A DNA stretch of 64,000 nt from assembly GCA_963693365.1 (NCBI GenBank), contig CAVNZM010000001.1:8944907-9008906 (forward strand), written 5' to 3'. The DNA is from Amoebidium appalachense (taxonomy: Eukaryota; Protista; Ichthyosporea). Below, piece by piece: positions 48,634-62,831 of the stretch (positions are counted from its first letter, which is position 1; the number at the start of each line of letters is the position of its first letter). Made by a program: the position numbers and the translations under genes. The notes under the pieces are model-generated. The model ran no database searches. It saw nothing but the letters and a program-made list of their open reading frames with translations, and was not told where the DNA came from.

Positions 48634-49201
48634 CGGCCCTCACTCCCGCCCACCATCACCACCACCTATACATACTTGCACTATAAAACCCACGTGCATG
48701 CGCACGTTGCCACCCATGGCCCACTCATCGGTACTCGTCACCACCAGTTGCAAAAGATGTCGACCACCAATGCATGTAGAAAGCATATGTGGCTGTTAGG
48801 CTGTGCACTGTACGTATGCAGTGCGCGAGTTTTATTCTTATTTCATTTTCCTCTCTTCTTTTTCTTTTTCTTTCATTTTTTTTTTCTTCTTCTTTTTTTT
48901 GGGGGGGTGGGTGGGGGGCGGAGGGGGAGGGGAGGGGGGGGTGTTCAGAGGACCGTGGGGGGGGGGGGGGAAGGCTGCGCTCTGATTGGCTTATTTTTGG
49001 CGCCAAAAATATCGGTGCAACGCCGGCAGCCCGGCGAGGCCGGGCGCCGAAAAAAAACAGCACAGGAGCATGCGATTGTTCGTGCAAACGCTTGCTTCAT
49101 ACGTGCAAAAGCTTGTTTTTCCAATGGTTAACAGGGTGTTTCTTTCGTAGTTTTTTCCTGGCTATTCATTCAAAGTGGTGGAGGGACGACGAAATTTGGG
49201 C

Positions 49202-49374
49202 ATGATGGTTGAGAATGTGAGTGTGCCTGACGGAGTCAATGGAGGAAAACCGTGCAGGTGTGTGATGAGGCGTCACGGATGCGATGTTTTTGTTTTGTGT
49301 TTTGTTTTCGCTTTCACGAAAGGGCGTTGTGATTTTAAACAGATTTTTTGTGTAACGTGCGTGTGTGCTTATAT

Positions 49375-49428
<54 letters not shown>

Positions 49429-50173
49429 ATGTATGTGTGTGCAGAGGGGGGTAGGTGGGGGTGTGTGGGGGGGGTTGTGCTGCAGAGAGAAAGCGGGATG
49501 GAGGTGCCGAGTGTGTGTGTGTGTGTGTTTGGGGGGGGGGGGGGGGGGGGGGGGAGGAGGGGGGGGATGGGCGGGGAGGCGGAGGGCGGGGGGGGGGGGG
49601 GGGGGGGGGGAGAGGGGGGGGGGGGAGAGGGGTTGGGTGGGGGGAGGGGGGGGAGGGGGGCGGGGAGAGGTGGCATGCAGTGTGTGTGCTTGTGTTGGTG
49701 CGCGGGTCTGCAAGCAGGTGTGCGTGTGTGCATGTATTCATAGATTTTCCAGAGCTGTTGTGTCCTTGTGTGGGTGCATGAGTGCTGGTGTGTGATTGAC
49801 TGGTTTTCTTTGCAAAGGTGTCTGTTGCAGCCGTCTGTGTCAACCATGCTAATATTGTCCCCCCCCTCCCCCTCCCCCCCTCCTCCCCCTCCCCACCCCC
49901 TCCCTCTGCCTCCCATCTCCCCCCCAACCCCCCCATCTTCGTTAGGCTCCTTTCCAGTTTGCTCTTCTTGTACCCGCTCTCCCCCCTCCCCCCCCCCCCC
50001 CCCCCCTCCAGGAGCCCATCTCATCATAGACACACAACACAAATACACACTTGTAAAGCGGGCCTCCGCCCGTGTACTGTTTCGTGGTTGCACATGTTTA
50101 CCTTTCACACTCCATTGAATTCTCTGCCGTTTTTCTTGTGCCCTCCTGCAACTATGCAACCAAGACATATACA

Positions 50174-50215
<42 letters not shown>

Positions 50216-52901
50216 AAAAAAAAAAAAAAAAAGAAAAGAAAGAAAAAGGAAGAAACTTTCTGCACACACCAAAAGCACATCTCACCTACACACCACTACC
50301 ACGTCCACCACACTTCAATCCAACCTGTGTTCTTTTTCTCCTTCTTTTTTCTCCCCGTTTATTCCTCCCTGTCTCCGAAAACCACAAATGACAGCACAGT
50401 ACAATAGTCGCCTCTCGCATTAACCCCCCCCCCCCCCTCCCCCTCCCCCCCCCTTTTCAGCTCCCCCCCTCCCCCCCTGGCTCCGCCCCCGCCCCCTCGG
50501 GGGGGGGGGGGGGGGGGGGGGGGGGGCTCCTCACCTCCACCCCCACGAGTTATATATATATATACCTTCATTTCCTTCCACCTTCATTTTCAATTCTTCT
50601 TCCTCCCTTCCCCCTTATTCTCATAATCACCTGCTGAGCTCATCCCCTCTCCCTCCCTCCACTCCCCCCACCCTCTCCCGGCCATGCCTCCTGCCTGTCT
50701 ATGGCTCCAACCCTCCCCATTAGCCACATTATCTTCCCCCTCGAACGTCTCCCTTTCTCTAACCTCCTTCATCCCCACCCAACTCTTCCTCCCTTCCCTA
50801 TCCCTACAGACAGTACATACACACCCACAACAACCACTACCTTACCAACACCTCCCTCGCCCCTCCACATTCACCGCTGCCCCCCTCCCCCCCCCCCTCC
50901 CCCCCCCCCCCCCCCCCCCCCCCACCACCACCACCACTTTCCCCTTCCCCCCTTCCCCGTGCCACCAGATCTCCCCGCTTCCCCCTCCCCACACCCGAAC
51001 ACACACATTCCTCATTCCATCACTGCAGATGCCAGTTTCCTATTGGCTCTTCCCACGGAGATACTGTGTGCAATAACACAGTACCTGGGCCTCTACGATC
51101 GAATCGCCCTATCGTCAACATGTCGCCGCCTTCGCTCAGTTTCCACCAACCAGCAGGTCGGCAGCGTCATCATAAAATTCGGTCCCGCCAAGATCGCACG
51201 GCGCAAATATTGGAGCAGTATTCTTCGATTTTTCCAGCGTTGGGGCCCAATTCTAGACGGGATCGAAATAGATTTGCGGAACCAGATATTTGATTTCCTT
51301 GAAAAATTCCTTTTTTCCTTACAAACCTGGCCACGTACCTGGACACATGCAAACTTCCGAATCTCTCGAGATTTGCGCTTTACTCTCATATCGTATGCGA
51401 CCCGGATGGGCTACAGGCGAGGGGTGCACTTGCGAGTTTCCGGTTTCTTTTCGAGACCATTGGAACGAAACTCAAGTTGCTAGAGCTTGTGTTTTCGCAC
51501 CCCAAGGATGGACGAACACAATACACTAGGCCCCCAAACTACACTGGTGACTATGTTTGTCTGGCGTGGGAGCACTGTCCTAATATGGAAACTCTTTCCA
51601 TATCGGGCGTCTGGCTTGCGGATGGGCGCTGTTTGGAGTACCAAGGATGTTTGAACACACTGCGCGAAAAGCGGTGTAGCTACAATAGATGCAGCTTGCG
51701 AAAGATTTACGTGCGCGACGTGTTCGGGCTGATTTCGACCCTGTTGGCACACGCTCCGTTTGTAGAGGTCTATTGTGCTGAAATCGTCAGCGATAAATGG
51801 GACCAATCAAGATAGCAAATTTGGAACACACTGTCAGTTATCCAAAAGTATATCTCGTCCTCCACCACTAGTTTGTATATCGACTTGTTAAAAAACAATG
51901 CCAGTTACATGATTCGGGGGGGTTTTCGTTCGATTTTTGGTGCCTGTCGCAGCTTCCGATGTTAAAACACATCGATATCCGGTGCGGTGATTTTCTTCTT
52001 CCGCATATCCCGACGCTTGAAACACTCAGAGTGTCCTGCCCCAAGGGAACTGTAGACATTTCAAGTGTGGCGGCATGTGTCAATCTGGAAGATTTGTCGG
52101 TGCACGGCGGTAAGGGGCTAATCGGAAGTGTGATCGAGATAACCAGCCCGAAAATGGAGTCGATAGTTGTAACGGGAGGGAAAGAGGGTGTTTTGACACA
52201 GCCCGTTCTGTCGCTGTCGCTCGCCAGTTACCCAAACTTGCACACCCTGGCTTTGAAGTATGTCAACATCACAACGCTCGGAGAAATCCCCAAAGATCGA
52301 CGGGAAACACCGTTGGAGTGGGTATCGATAGATGATCGTCCTGCACTTCCGGTCGTTTCGGCACTGAGTGGTTGTATTTCACCCGAAATGGTTTTCCACG
52401 TCAGCACGAATCTGCCCAGTATTCCTGAGGGGTTTTCGGTATACGAGTGGCTGCAAACCATGGCAGGTAAGGTGCCTTCTGATTAGCCCTGAGAGTTCTC
52501 ACGTGTATGTGGGGTCACATGGGAGATATATCGAGTTTTTGTTGTTTTTTTCTGTTGCTGTATTCAGTAAATGGAAAGAAGCCGGGGAGGGACGGGGGTG
52601 GATAGGTGAACGGTGTGGTGGGGAACAGGTTGAGGGGGGGGGAGGGGGGGGGGGGGGGGGGGGAGGGGGATCGGACTACAGGTTCTAGTACGTGAAGAGA
52701 AGCAGGGCAGGGGGGTTGGGTTCAAAAAGGGGTTATGGTTTGTAAATCTCCTGTAGATGGTAGGAATTTGCACAAATACACTTTGTACTGCGATAAGGGT
52801 GGTTTGATGTTCTTTGCTATTGATGGTAGTGATGTTGGTGAACTGTGTGTATTTTATTTTATTTTATTTTATTTTATTATTTATTTGTTTTGTGTGTGTG
52901 T

Positions 52902-52958
<57 letters not shown>

Positions 52959-53536
52959 GCCCGTGGGTGGGCGGGTGGCTGATGGGCGTTTTTTTTTTTT
53001 TTTTTTTTTTTTTGGGGGGGGGGGGGGGGGGAGGGGGGGGGGAGGTTGCGCAGGGGCAAGGGGGAGGGATCAAGATTTGTGCTCGAGGCAAACCAAAAAA
53101 GGGAGCAGTGTGATAGAGGACATGTGGGGTTTCAGGGTTCGGGGAAAGGATACATTGAATGTGTACTGTTGGCTAGGCTATAATAAGATATGAGGTGGCC
53201 ATTCAATGGAAAGTGAAAAGGGAAAGTGAAAAGTGGGAAGTGAAAAGTTGGAAGTGAAAAGTGGGAGGTACCCGCACATGCCTTTCTAATAAGTACAAGG
53301 TTGTGAAACACTTGTGCTTAGTAGGGCCCCGAACTGATTTTAGCGATCAATCCTTGGACGGGTACACACACATGCATACAGACACGCCTTCGTATGTGAA
53401 CATTTGTTCACACTCGCATGCTCGTGCATACTTCATACTTTTTACACATGTATCTGTGCACGTGCACAAGCACAGCGCACACACGCACACACACGCACGT
53501 ACACACATGCACACACACGGGCGTGTAGGTGCGCAG

Positions 53537-53627
<91 letters not shown>

Positions 53628-53716
53628 ACCTCACTCTCTCACGCACTCACACGCTCGCACCCGTGCCCACAGAGAGCAGGTCGGTCGAAGGGACCCAAGA
53701 AGCTTGCACTCAGTGA
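49202..53716 (+). pseudogene. F-box protein with LRR-like C-terminal region, copy 1, disrupted
   Basis: Exon 1 about 49202-49257 (CAG|GTG); exon 2 51029-52466 (DASFLLALPTEILCAITQYLGLYDRIALSSTCRRLRSV = F-box motif; ends GCAG|GTAAG); exon 3 53673-53716 (ESRSVEGTQEACTQ*). Exon 2 has frameshifts or deletions relative to copy 2 (about 51310-51470 and 51920) and TAG at 51813-51815. Confidence 0.75.
53207..53266. repeat. 13-14-bp tandem repeat (..GAAGTGAAAA / AAAGTGAAAA)
   Basis: Four units ending AAGTGAAAA(G). Confidence 0.8.
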
Positions 53717-54304
53717 CGTCATTGGGTCAGTATGAGTGCTATTTATGTTAACACGCAAGTAATGGCATATATAGCCAACCTTCTAGTTACTTCTAGACCC
53801 CTCCCTCTTCCTCCCCCCCCCCCCCCCCCCCCCCCATACACACACACACACACACCTATGTACATATATATTCAAGCACACAAATACACACTGCCACCAC
53901 TCCCATGCGCCGAAGCGAATGTTCATATGAATGTTCAAGATGTGGTGACTATAGTTTTGCATGCACGGAGTAGCGGTTACTAGCAAACGTTATAGTTGTA
54001 GAGATTATCGTATAGATTAATATCGTGGTTGGAACTTGACACTAGGTATTGTTGTGCCTTTGCAGTGGTTTTAGTACAAATTTTCGTAGGGTTGGGGGGG
54101 GGGGGGGGGGGGGGTCTGTGGTCCCGGAGCTGCCGATTTTGATTGGTGAAAATTTCGCACCAAAATCCGTCCGACGTCCGCCAACCATGGCCAAGGCTTA
54201 TACGAGACCCTCGTTATGAATCTTCTTTGCACACCATTTGCGTTTAATTAAAGACACTAACACACGGTGCATATGCCTACAGAAACGGGCTCAGGAAGAG
54301 GACA

Positions 54305-55400
54305 CTTGTCGGGGTAAACGGCAGCGCATGCAAGTACCTGAGCACAGGCACAGGCACTTGTGTTCCTTGCTTTCGCATGCATAGGGCTAGCGGTCTTATT
54401 CTTTCCTAGTTTTCTCTGTTTACACCATTTCTATCATAGTGAGTTAAGTGTAAGGGTTGAGGATAGCTAGCAGTTATGATGGAGGAGAAAGAGAGTTCGC
54501 CTGAAGGGTCTTCTGCTGGTGACAGCTGTGAAGGTGGGCTATAAATATACCAACACTGTGTTGGGTTTTCTGTTTTACAAGGCTTTGTTTTCATGTATGG
54601 AATTGTCACAGCTGGGTGTGTGTTCAAGCAGCGGGCATGCATGAGTGTTGTATGTGAGTTTGGATGTAACTGTGTGTGTGTGTGTGTGCGTGCGTGCATA
54701 TGTGTGTGTGTCTTTGTGTGTGTGTACGTGCGTGCGTGCCTGCTGTGCCTGCATCCGTGTGGACACGGTGTGTGTGTGCCTGCATGGGTGCATGAGTGCA
54801 TGGGTGCGTGTGTACGTGCGTGCGTGTGTGTGTGTGCGCGCGTGCGTGCGCGCGCGCGTGCGTGTGTGTGTGTTGGTGAGTGTGGGGGGGGGGTTGAGGA
54901 GGTTGTGGTTGGGTGGTACGATGGGGAGGGGGGGCGGGGGGAGGACGAGGCAGGAATAGATGGAATGCAGTCTGTGTGCTTGCTTTGGTGCACAGGGGTG
55001 CAGCCGTGTGTGTTTAAACATGTTCGCATGCGATTGCCATCGTCTGGGTGTTTGGATGTGGGCTGTGAGTGCTTGGCTTTTCAGTTCCTGCTGTTTAGCT
55101 GCCTATTTCTGTGCCTTTGTAGCTCACTCCTCTTCCATCCCCCCTCCCCCCCCCCCCCCCCCCCCCCCGGCCCTCCTTCCCCCCTACCTCTTCTGGGAAA
55201 CTTTTGGTGTTCTCTCTCTTTGTACACCTCTTCTCCCTACTTAGGGAGCAGTCCTCTTCTTATTCACACAACACATGCACACACATGCGACACGAACCGT
55301 CCATGCACTCTCTTTGTGTGTAAGGTTGTGGTGGCATCAATGACACTCGCGTGATACTATCTGCCTCTTCCTGTGCTCACCTGCAACCATAAAATTGGCA
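54305..55400 (+). pseudogene. Orphan partial duplicate of the F-box gene: upstream region, exon 1 (54476-54533) and truncated intron 1
   Basis: ATGATGGAGGAGAAAGAGAGTTCGCCTGAAGGGTCTTCTGCTGGTGACAGCTGTGAAG|GTGGG matches 56007-56061. Flanks also match (TGTCGGGGTAAACG; CTTAGG(G)AGCAGTCCTCTT; TGCTCACCTGCA), but no exon 2 precedes the next exon-1 copy. Confidence 0.7.
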
Positions 55401-55786
55401 TTTTTTCCCGTTCCCCCCTCCCCCCCCCCCCCCCTCCCCCCTCCCCTCCTCCCGCCATTCCCCTCCCCCCTCCCCCGCCGCCCAATCCCCCCCGCCCCCA
55501 CCCCATCCCTCTTGAGGAATGCACACTCTTAATGTGTGGCTTGCACTTTGCATAGTGTTGCCCGTTGTGAATGTGTACTTCGTAATCTGTAATGCATTCT
55601 AACCCCCCCCCCCCCCCCCCCTTCCCCCCCTCCCCCCCCCCCCCCCCCCCCCCCCGCGCCTAAAAAAAAAAAAAAAAAAGAGTTGTGCTTTCATGAAACC
55701 GAGTATGGTTGCTCTCTGTCGTGTGTTTTTAAGCACGTCTGTATTTTTGCTGCAATGCTGTATTAGTTTGCCCGGGAAAATAGGGG

Positions 55787-55866
55787 GCATTTATACATGT
55801 CGGGGTAAACGGCTTCGAACGCAAGCATTTATACATGTCGGGGTAAACGACTTCGAACGCAAGCAT
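55787..55866. repeat. 38-bp direct tandem duplication upstream of F-box copy 2
   Basis: GCATTTATACATGTCGGGGTAAACG(G/A)CTTCGAACGCAA present twice. Confidence 0.9.
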
Positions 55867-56006
55867 CTGGCCACATGCACGTCCTCTCCATGAATGTGCA
55901 CAGAGCGGGCGGTCTTATCCTTCGTAGTTTTTTCCTCTTTTCATCTTTGTAAGTCAGTTGAGTGAGTGAGTGTAAGGGGTACCGGTGAGAATAAGTTACA
56001 GTTATA

Positions 56007-56940
56007 ATGGAGGAGAGAGGGAGTTTGCCTGAAGGGTCTTCTTCTGGTGACAGCTGTGAAGGTGGGTGATAAAGAAGCCAGCAACAGTGTTGTGTTTTCT
56101 GTTCCACTATGTTGGTTTTACATGAGGGTTGTTCGCACAGAGGGTTTGAGTGCTGTGTGTGTGCGTGCGTGCGTGCGTGTGTGCGCGCGCGCGTGTGTGT
56201 GCGTCCGTGCGTGCGTGCGTGTGTGTGTTTTTTTTTTTTTTTTTTTTTTTGGGGGGGGGGGGGGGGAGGTTGTGAGTGGTTGGTACGAATTGGGGTGAGC
56301 ATGTCGCTGTTCTTTTGACAGACTTAGCCAGCAGAGGAAAAGGACGTGAAGGGAAAGAAACGGTTTCCTTGTGTTTTTCTTCGTCGAACTGTTTCTTGTT
56401 TGATGGGCCGTTGCCTTGCTCTCTTGGATGCACACAATGAGACATTGCTTGCATGAACAACGAGATTACTCTTACAAACTCCATTCTCTCTATACAAGAG
56501 AGGAGCACATGGGGGGGTCAAGGTGGCACAGAGATGGAAGAAAGAGCGAGGTTTAAATGGTTGTTGGTTGTGTGTGTAGATGTGTGTATGTGTGTGGGAT
56601 AGGGGAGGGGGCGGAGGAAACGGTGGGGAAAGAGGGAGGGGAAGGGGGGAGGGGAAGATGAGGAAGGGGTAAGTGCAATGCAGTTCGCGTGCTTGTGTTG
56701 GCACGCAGGGGGACGGTCGTGTGTGTTGGCATGTGTGCCTGCATGTGCCAGCATTTGGGTGTTCAGGTGTGGGTCTGTGAGTGGCTGGTTTTCTCTTCCT
56801 GCCGTGTGGGTGTCTGTTTCTGTGTCTAAGCATATCACTCATCTTATCCCGCGTCTCCTCCCCCCTCCCCCCCCCCTTTCCCCCCTTTCTCTCTCTCTCT
56901 TTCTCCCCCCCCCCCCCCCCCCCCTTCCCACCCCTTTGCC

Positions 56941-56972
<32 letters not shown>

Positions 56973-57400
56973 ACCCACCTTTATGAATCATAGTGGTCTT
57001 TTGGGCTTCTCTCCTTATACAACTTTTCTTCCTTCTTAGGAGCAGTCCTCTTTTTTTTCACCCAGCACATGCACACACACACAATACGAGCTGTCCGTAC
57101 ACTCTTTTTGTATTCAATCGGTTGTGCTTACATTATACCCTCTTTGGACACTTGCCTGATATTCTGCCGTTTCCTATGCTCACCTGCAGAGAAATATACC
57201 CCCTTCCCCCCCCCCCCCCCCCCCCCCCCCCCTCTCCACCCTTCCCCCCCCCTCCCCCCCCTTCTTTCCCCGCCCAAACACACACGCACACACCAGCACG
57301 GCATGCCCTTCAACCCATATGTGTTTCCCCCTTTAATTTTCAGTACATTCAATATCCCCGAAAGCTACTTGTGACAGCCATATTTTGGCCATATTTTCAC

Positions 57401-57434
<34 letters not shown>

Positions 57435-57452
57435 TTCCTCCCTCTCCCCCAG

Positions 57453-57485
<33 letters not shown>

Positions 57486-57578
57486 CTATAACAAGCCCTC
57501 GTTGCCTTCCACCTCTTGACAACTCCTCCTGCACATGTTCCCCCCCGTCTATCTCACGATTACCTTCCTGCCTCTATA

Positions 57579-57622
<44 letters not shown>

Positions 57623-57858
57623 CCCGGCCCGCCTCTCCTTCCCTGTTTACCCCTTCATCCGGCTATTCTTAAAACCTATATATTTTACCCCTTACTTTAT
57701 TGTCTGGCCCACAAACGTCTGCCCCCCTCCCCCCCCTCCCCCTCCCCCAACCCCTCTCCCCATCCCTCCCTCCCTCCCTTTCCCTGCCGCTCTCCCTCCA
57801 CACTGTTCAAAGCCACCCCAACCGTTACCACCACAACCACCCACACACCTACATATAG

Positions 57859-57941
<83 letters not shown>

Positions 57942-59503
57942 GAACTCACCGTTTCCTCATTCCATCACTGCAGATGCCAGTTTCCTATTGGCTCTTCCCA
58001 CGGAGATACTGTGTGCAATAACCCAGTACCTGGGCCTCTACGATCGAATCGCCCTATCGTCAACATGTCGCCGCCTTCACTCAGTTTCCACCAATCAGCA
58101 GGCAGGGGACGTCACCATAAAATTCGGGCCCGGCATGATCGCACGGCGCAAATCCTGGAGCAGTGTCCTTTCATTTTTGCAGCGGTGGGACCCTGTCCTG
58201 GCCGGGATCGAAATCGATTTACGCGACCAGGATGATGAATGTCTGCGCACGTACGACATCTTTGTTACAACCCTGGCCACGTACCTCGCCACGTGCAAAC
58301 TTCCAAAATTCAGGAGATTTGCGCTTTACGCTCATCTCGCACACCGCAACCAGCCAGGCTATGGCGTGGAGAGTAAATTTGGACTGCACTCCGACTGCGC
58401 GATTTCGAGCTTTGATTTCTTTTTCGATACCGTTGGCAAGATTGAGATTCTGGAGTTGATGTTTACGCTCCCCCAGGGTGTGCAAACATAGGACCTTATG
58501 CCCTCAGACTACACCGGCGAGTATGTTCTTAAGGCGTTGGAACACTGTCTAAATATGGAAAGCCTTGCCATATCCGGCGTCAAGCGTGCGGAAGGGCTCT
58601 GTTCTGAGCCACAAGGATGTTTGGACGCACAAAACGGAACGCAGTGTGGCTACACCAGTCTCATCTTGCGAGAGATTTATTTGCGCGATGTATTCGGGGA
58701 TCACTGTTCGACCCTGTTTGAGCATGCGCCATTTGTGGAGGTCTATTGGGCGGAAATCGGCAGCGATAAATGGGACCAAGCAAGATCGCAATTTGGGACA
58801 CACTGCCAGTTATCCAAAGGCATATCTCGTCCACCCTCACTGATTTGTATATCCACGTGCTGAAAGAGAACAACCAATCACTCGCACCGGGGGGTTTAGC
58901 GCTTGATTTTTCGTGCCTCTCCCAGTTTCCGGTGTTAAAATGCCTCGAAATTTGGTGCGGCGATTTTCTTCTTCCGCGCATCCCGACACTTGTATTTCTC
59001 CAAGTATACTGCCCCAAGGGAACAGCAGACATTTCGAATGTGTCGGTGTGTAGCAAACTGCAGCATTTTGAGATTTCAAGCGGTAGGGGTTTTATCGGAA
59101 ATATGATCGAGATAACCAGCCCGAAGATCGAATCCATTATGCTCGTGGGAGGCAATAAAGACGTTCTTAGTCAGCCCATTCTTCGGCTGCCGCTCTCCGA
59201 TTATCCAAAATTGTACATTCTGAGATTGATGGATATCATTATCACGACGCTAGGAAAAACTCCCAAAGACCGACGGGAAACACGGATGATATTTGTAGGG
59301 ATTGTTGATTGTCCTGCGCTCGCGGACATATCGGCTCTGAGCGCATGGTCTCTCCCACCCAAAGAGGATTTCCATGTCAGTGGGGATCTGCCCAGTGTTC
59401 CTGAGGGGCCCGCGGCCTACGAGTGGCTGCAAACCCTGGCAGGTAAGAGTCTTTTATATGGCCCTTAGAGTTTTGAATGTACGTGGGGTCAAATGTGAAG
59501 CCG

Positions 59504-59534
<31 letters not shown>

Positions 59535-59554
59535 GTTGTTGTTGTTGTGTGTGT

Positions 59555-59599
<45 letters not shown>

Positions 59600-59872
59600 C
59601 TGTCGCAAGCGTTGGTGTGTGAAAAGAAGGAGGGCAGGAGGGGTGGGGGGTGGAGGGGTCGAGGTCTGAAATTTTTTTGTAATTGCTAGGATTTTGTGCA
59701 CACACTCACAGTATTGCGACGGGTGATTTGTTTCTCTTGGTGACTGATGATGGTCAGGGTGTGTGTGTGTACGAGCGCGCATTCGTGCCCGCATTCGTGC
59801 ATGCGTGCGTGCGTGCGTACGTACGTACGTGGGTGCGTGTCTGTCTGTTTTTTTCTTTTTCTTTTTTTTTTT

Positions 59873-59903
<31 letters not shown>

Positions 59904-60637
59904 GGGGGCCGTTAGGGGGATTCAATATTGTGCTCTAAGCAAATTAAAAACGGGAGCTGTTAATCGATCAAGGTCAATGGAGACCCATAGGTCTAAAGGT
60001 TCATGGTCTGGGGTTCTTATGCTCACATGGTGCAAATTTAACTTAAGGTACAGGAAAAGGTCATGTGGCAATGGTCCTCTCCCCCCCCCCCCCCCCCCCC
60101 CTTCCCCCCTTCCCCCCTCTCTCTCTCTCCCCTCCCCTCTCCCCCTCCCCCCCTCCTACCCTTAAATCGATCGTTACTTATAGGTAGGGTAGTTCGTGAA
60201 GTGCCTTGATAAAGTTTTTAAGGTCCAGAACAAGAAACGTGTAATGCGTAGTTTGTGCCAGATGAACTGTGGGATATTCGTTATTTGTACAAAGTAGAGT
60301 GTGAGAGGTAGGAAGTGGGTACTGGGCCTCATGCATATGGGCCAACAGGTGTGCTTATCAATAATACCAAGTCTTACTATTGCATTGGTTTTTCATGTTC
60401 CATTCATGCACGTGTTCGTACGTACATGGGTTCACACCCGCGCTCTTTTGCACCTATACGCACGTACAAGCACACACGCACAAATACACGCGCTTGCACG
60501 TGCATTGTGGCTTGCGCACACAGGCCGCATGTGCAGACGCACATACACATGCGTGACACACGCACGCACACATACCCTGTGCACACGCACATGCACGCCC
60601 ACGCGTGCGCGCACACACGCACTCACGCGCGTGCGTG

Positions 60638-60677
<40 letters not shown>

Positions 60678-60750
60678 CACACACACACACACACAATGGC
60701 TCACAGGGAGTAGGTCGGTCGAGGGAGCCTAAGAGCCCTGCATGCAGTGA
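56007..60750 (+). pseudogene. F-box protein with LRR-like C-terminal region, copy 2, nearly intact
   Basis: Exon 1 56007-56061 (MEERGSLPEGSSSGDSCE), exon 2 57974-59442 (F-box LLALPTEILCAITQYLGLYDRIALSSTCRRLHSV), exon 3 60707-60750. Lesions: TAG 58489-58491, 1-nt deletion at about 58790 (CAA-TTTGG versus CAAATTTGG in copy 1), TAA 60730-60732 six codons before the shared TGA. Confidence 0.75.
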
Positions 60751-60840
60751 CGTCATTCAATTTGGGTCAGTATTAATGGGACGCCACAAAGTAGCAACAA
60801 TCACAACCAACCCGTTGAGATTTACATACTCAACTTTTTA

Positions 60841-60882
<42 letters not shown>

Positions 60883-60935
60883 CCCCTCCCCCTCTCCGCC
60901 CCATCCCAACCACACACACACACACACACGAACAT

Positions 60936-61091
<156 letters not shown>

Positions 61092-61788
61092 CGCTTGATA
61101 AACCCTTCGGGCACTACATCACACACACCACCAGCTGTACCATCTTAGATTCAAAAATTAGAGTTTATATTAGAGTATAGGTGGTGAGTGCGGCTGTGCA
61201 TAAATCTTTTGTGGTGGCGCTGGCAAACGTTAATATTGTCAAAAAATTTGGACCGATTTATTTTCGCTGGTTAGAATCACGGTGTGTATATTTGCGTTGA
61301 ATTCGGTGGTTTGCCTTTGCAAGGTTTGATTACATCTCGATTGTACGGTAGGTGGTTGCAGGGAATCTTGTGGGTACGGTTAGTTCTTTGAATTCATGGT
61401 GCAGTAGATATTAAGGCCTACCATTATGATTCAGACCAGCCGATTTAACTGTATCTTGTCTTCCCCCCCCCCCCCCTTTTTTTTTTTTCTTCTTTTTTTC
61501 TGGTTATGATACTCAATATTCCGTGAATGAAAACCCGGCCAATTTACACAGTGCTAGTTTGCCAGTGATTGTGTTTTTCTTGCATTCGCTCAGTAATGGT
61601 TCATGCACATAATGTGAGGGTGTGTGATTCAATCATTAAAAATTTTAAACCATCTGCATGTCCGACATGGCATTGAATCAAATGCACCAGCACGTATGGA
61701 CACTCACAAAAACCATGAAATGGATCTGACAGAGTGCACGATGTGGTTATTTTAAAGCTACGACATCCCGACATCCCCCTCCCCCGGC

Positions 61789-61840
<52 letters not shown>

Positions 61841-62019
61841 CAAACACACACACACAAACACACACACACACACATACACACACACACACACACACCGTGA
61901 CACACATACACACCACCCCATTTCCCAACAAAACATGTGGACCAAGCACCCACAAATAATGTGCTTTTGGTTGGTTGACGTTTTTTTTTTTTTTTTTTTT
62001 TTTTTTTTTCCGGTGAGGT

Positions 62020-62102
<83 letters not shown>

Positions 62103-62622
62103 CGCAAAGACAACAGGAACGCAAAAAGGCGAGAATACGCGTTCATGATTGGCACGTGATCGTCAAGGGAAAAGAAGAGGTGGGCAAAAGAGGAATTCAA
62201 GGGTTTCATTGGAGGGTGTGTCACAGCCAATGAACAAGAAAAAAGCATACATGTGGGACCCCCCAAACTCCCGTCTCTCTAGATTATACTGGATAGAGAT
62301 CTATGGATAGGAGAGGTATGGTCAAGGGGGGGGGGGGGGGGGGGGCAGCACTGGCATGTTGCAACGTCGTTCAGGAATTTTAAACCATGATCAAAATCGA
62401 TCAGCAATCACTTCACCCACTTCAGTAAACATACACAGGCACACACCCTTCCCTCACCTCCCCCCGACTCTCTATCCTCTCTCTCTCTCCCTGCCTCCGT
62501 CTCTCTCCGCCCCCTCCCCCCTTGTTCTCTCTCTCCCTTCTCTCTCTGTCTCTCTCCTCTCTCTCTCTCCCTTCTCTCTCTGTCTCTCACTCTCTCACTC
62601 TCTCTCCCCCACCCCCCCACCC

Positions 62623-62661
<39 letters not shown>

Positions 62662-62710
62662 CCCCCCCCCCCCCCCCCCCTCTCTCTCTCTCTCTATCAG
62701 ATCTCTCCCG

Positions 62711-62831
<121 letters not shown>

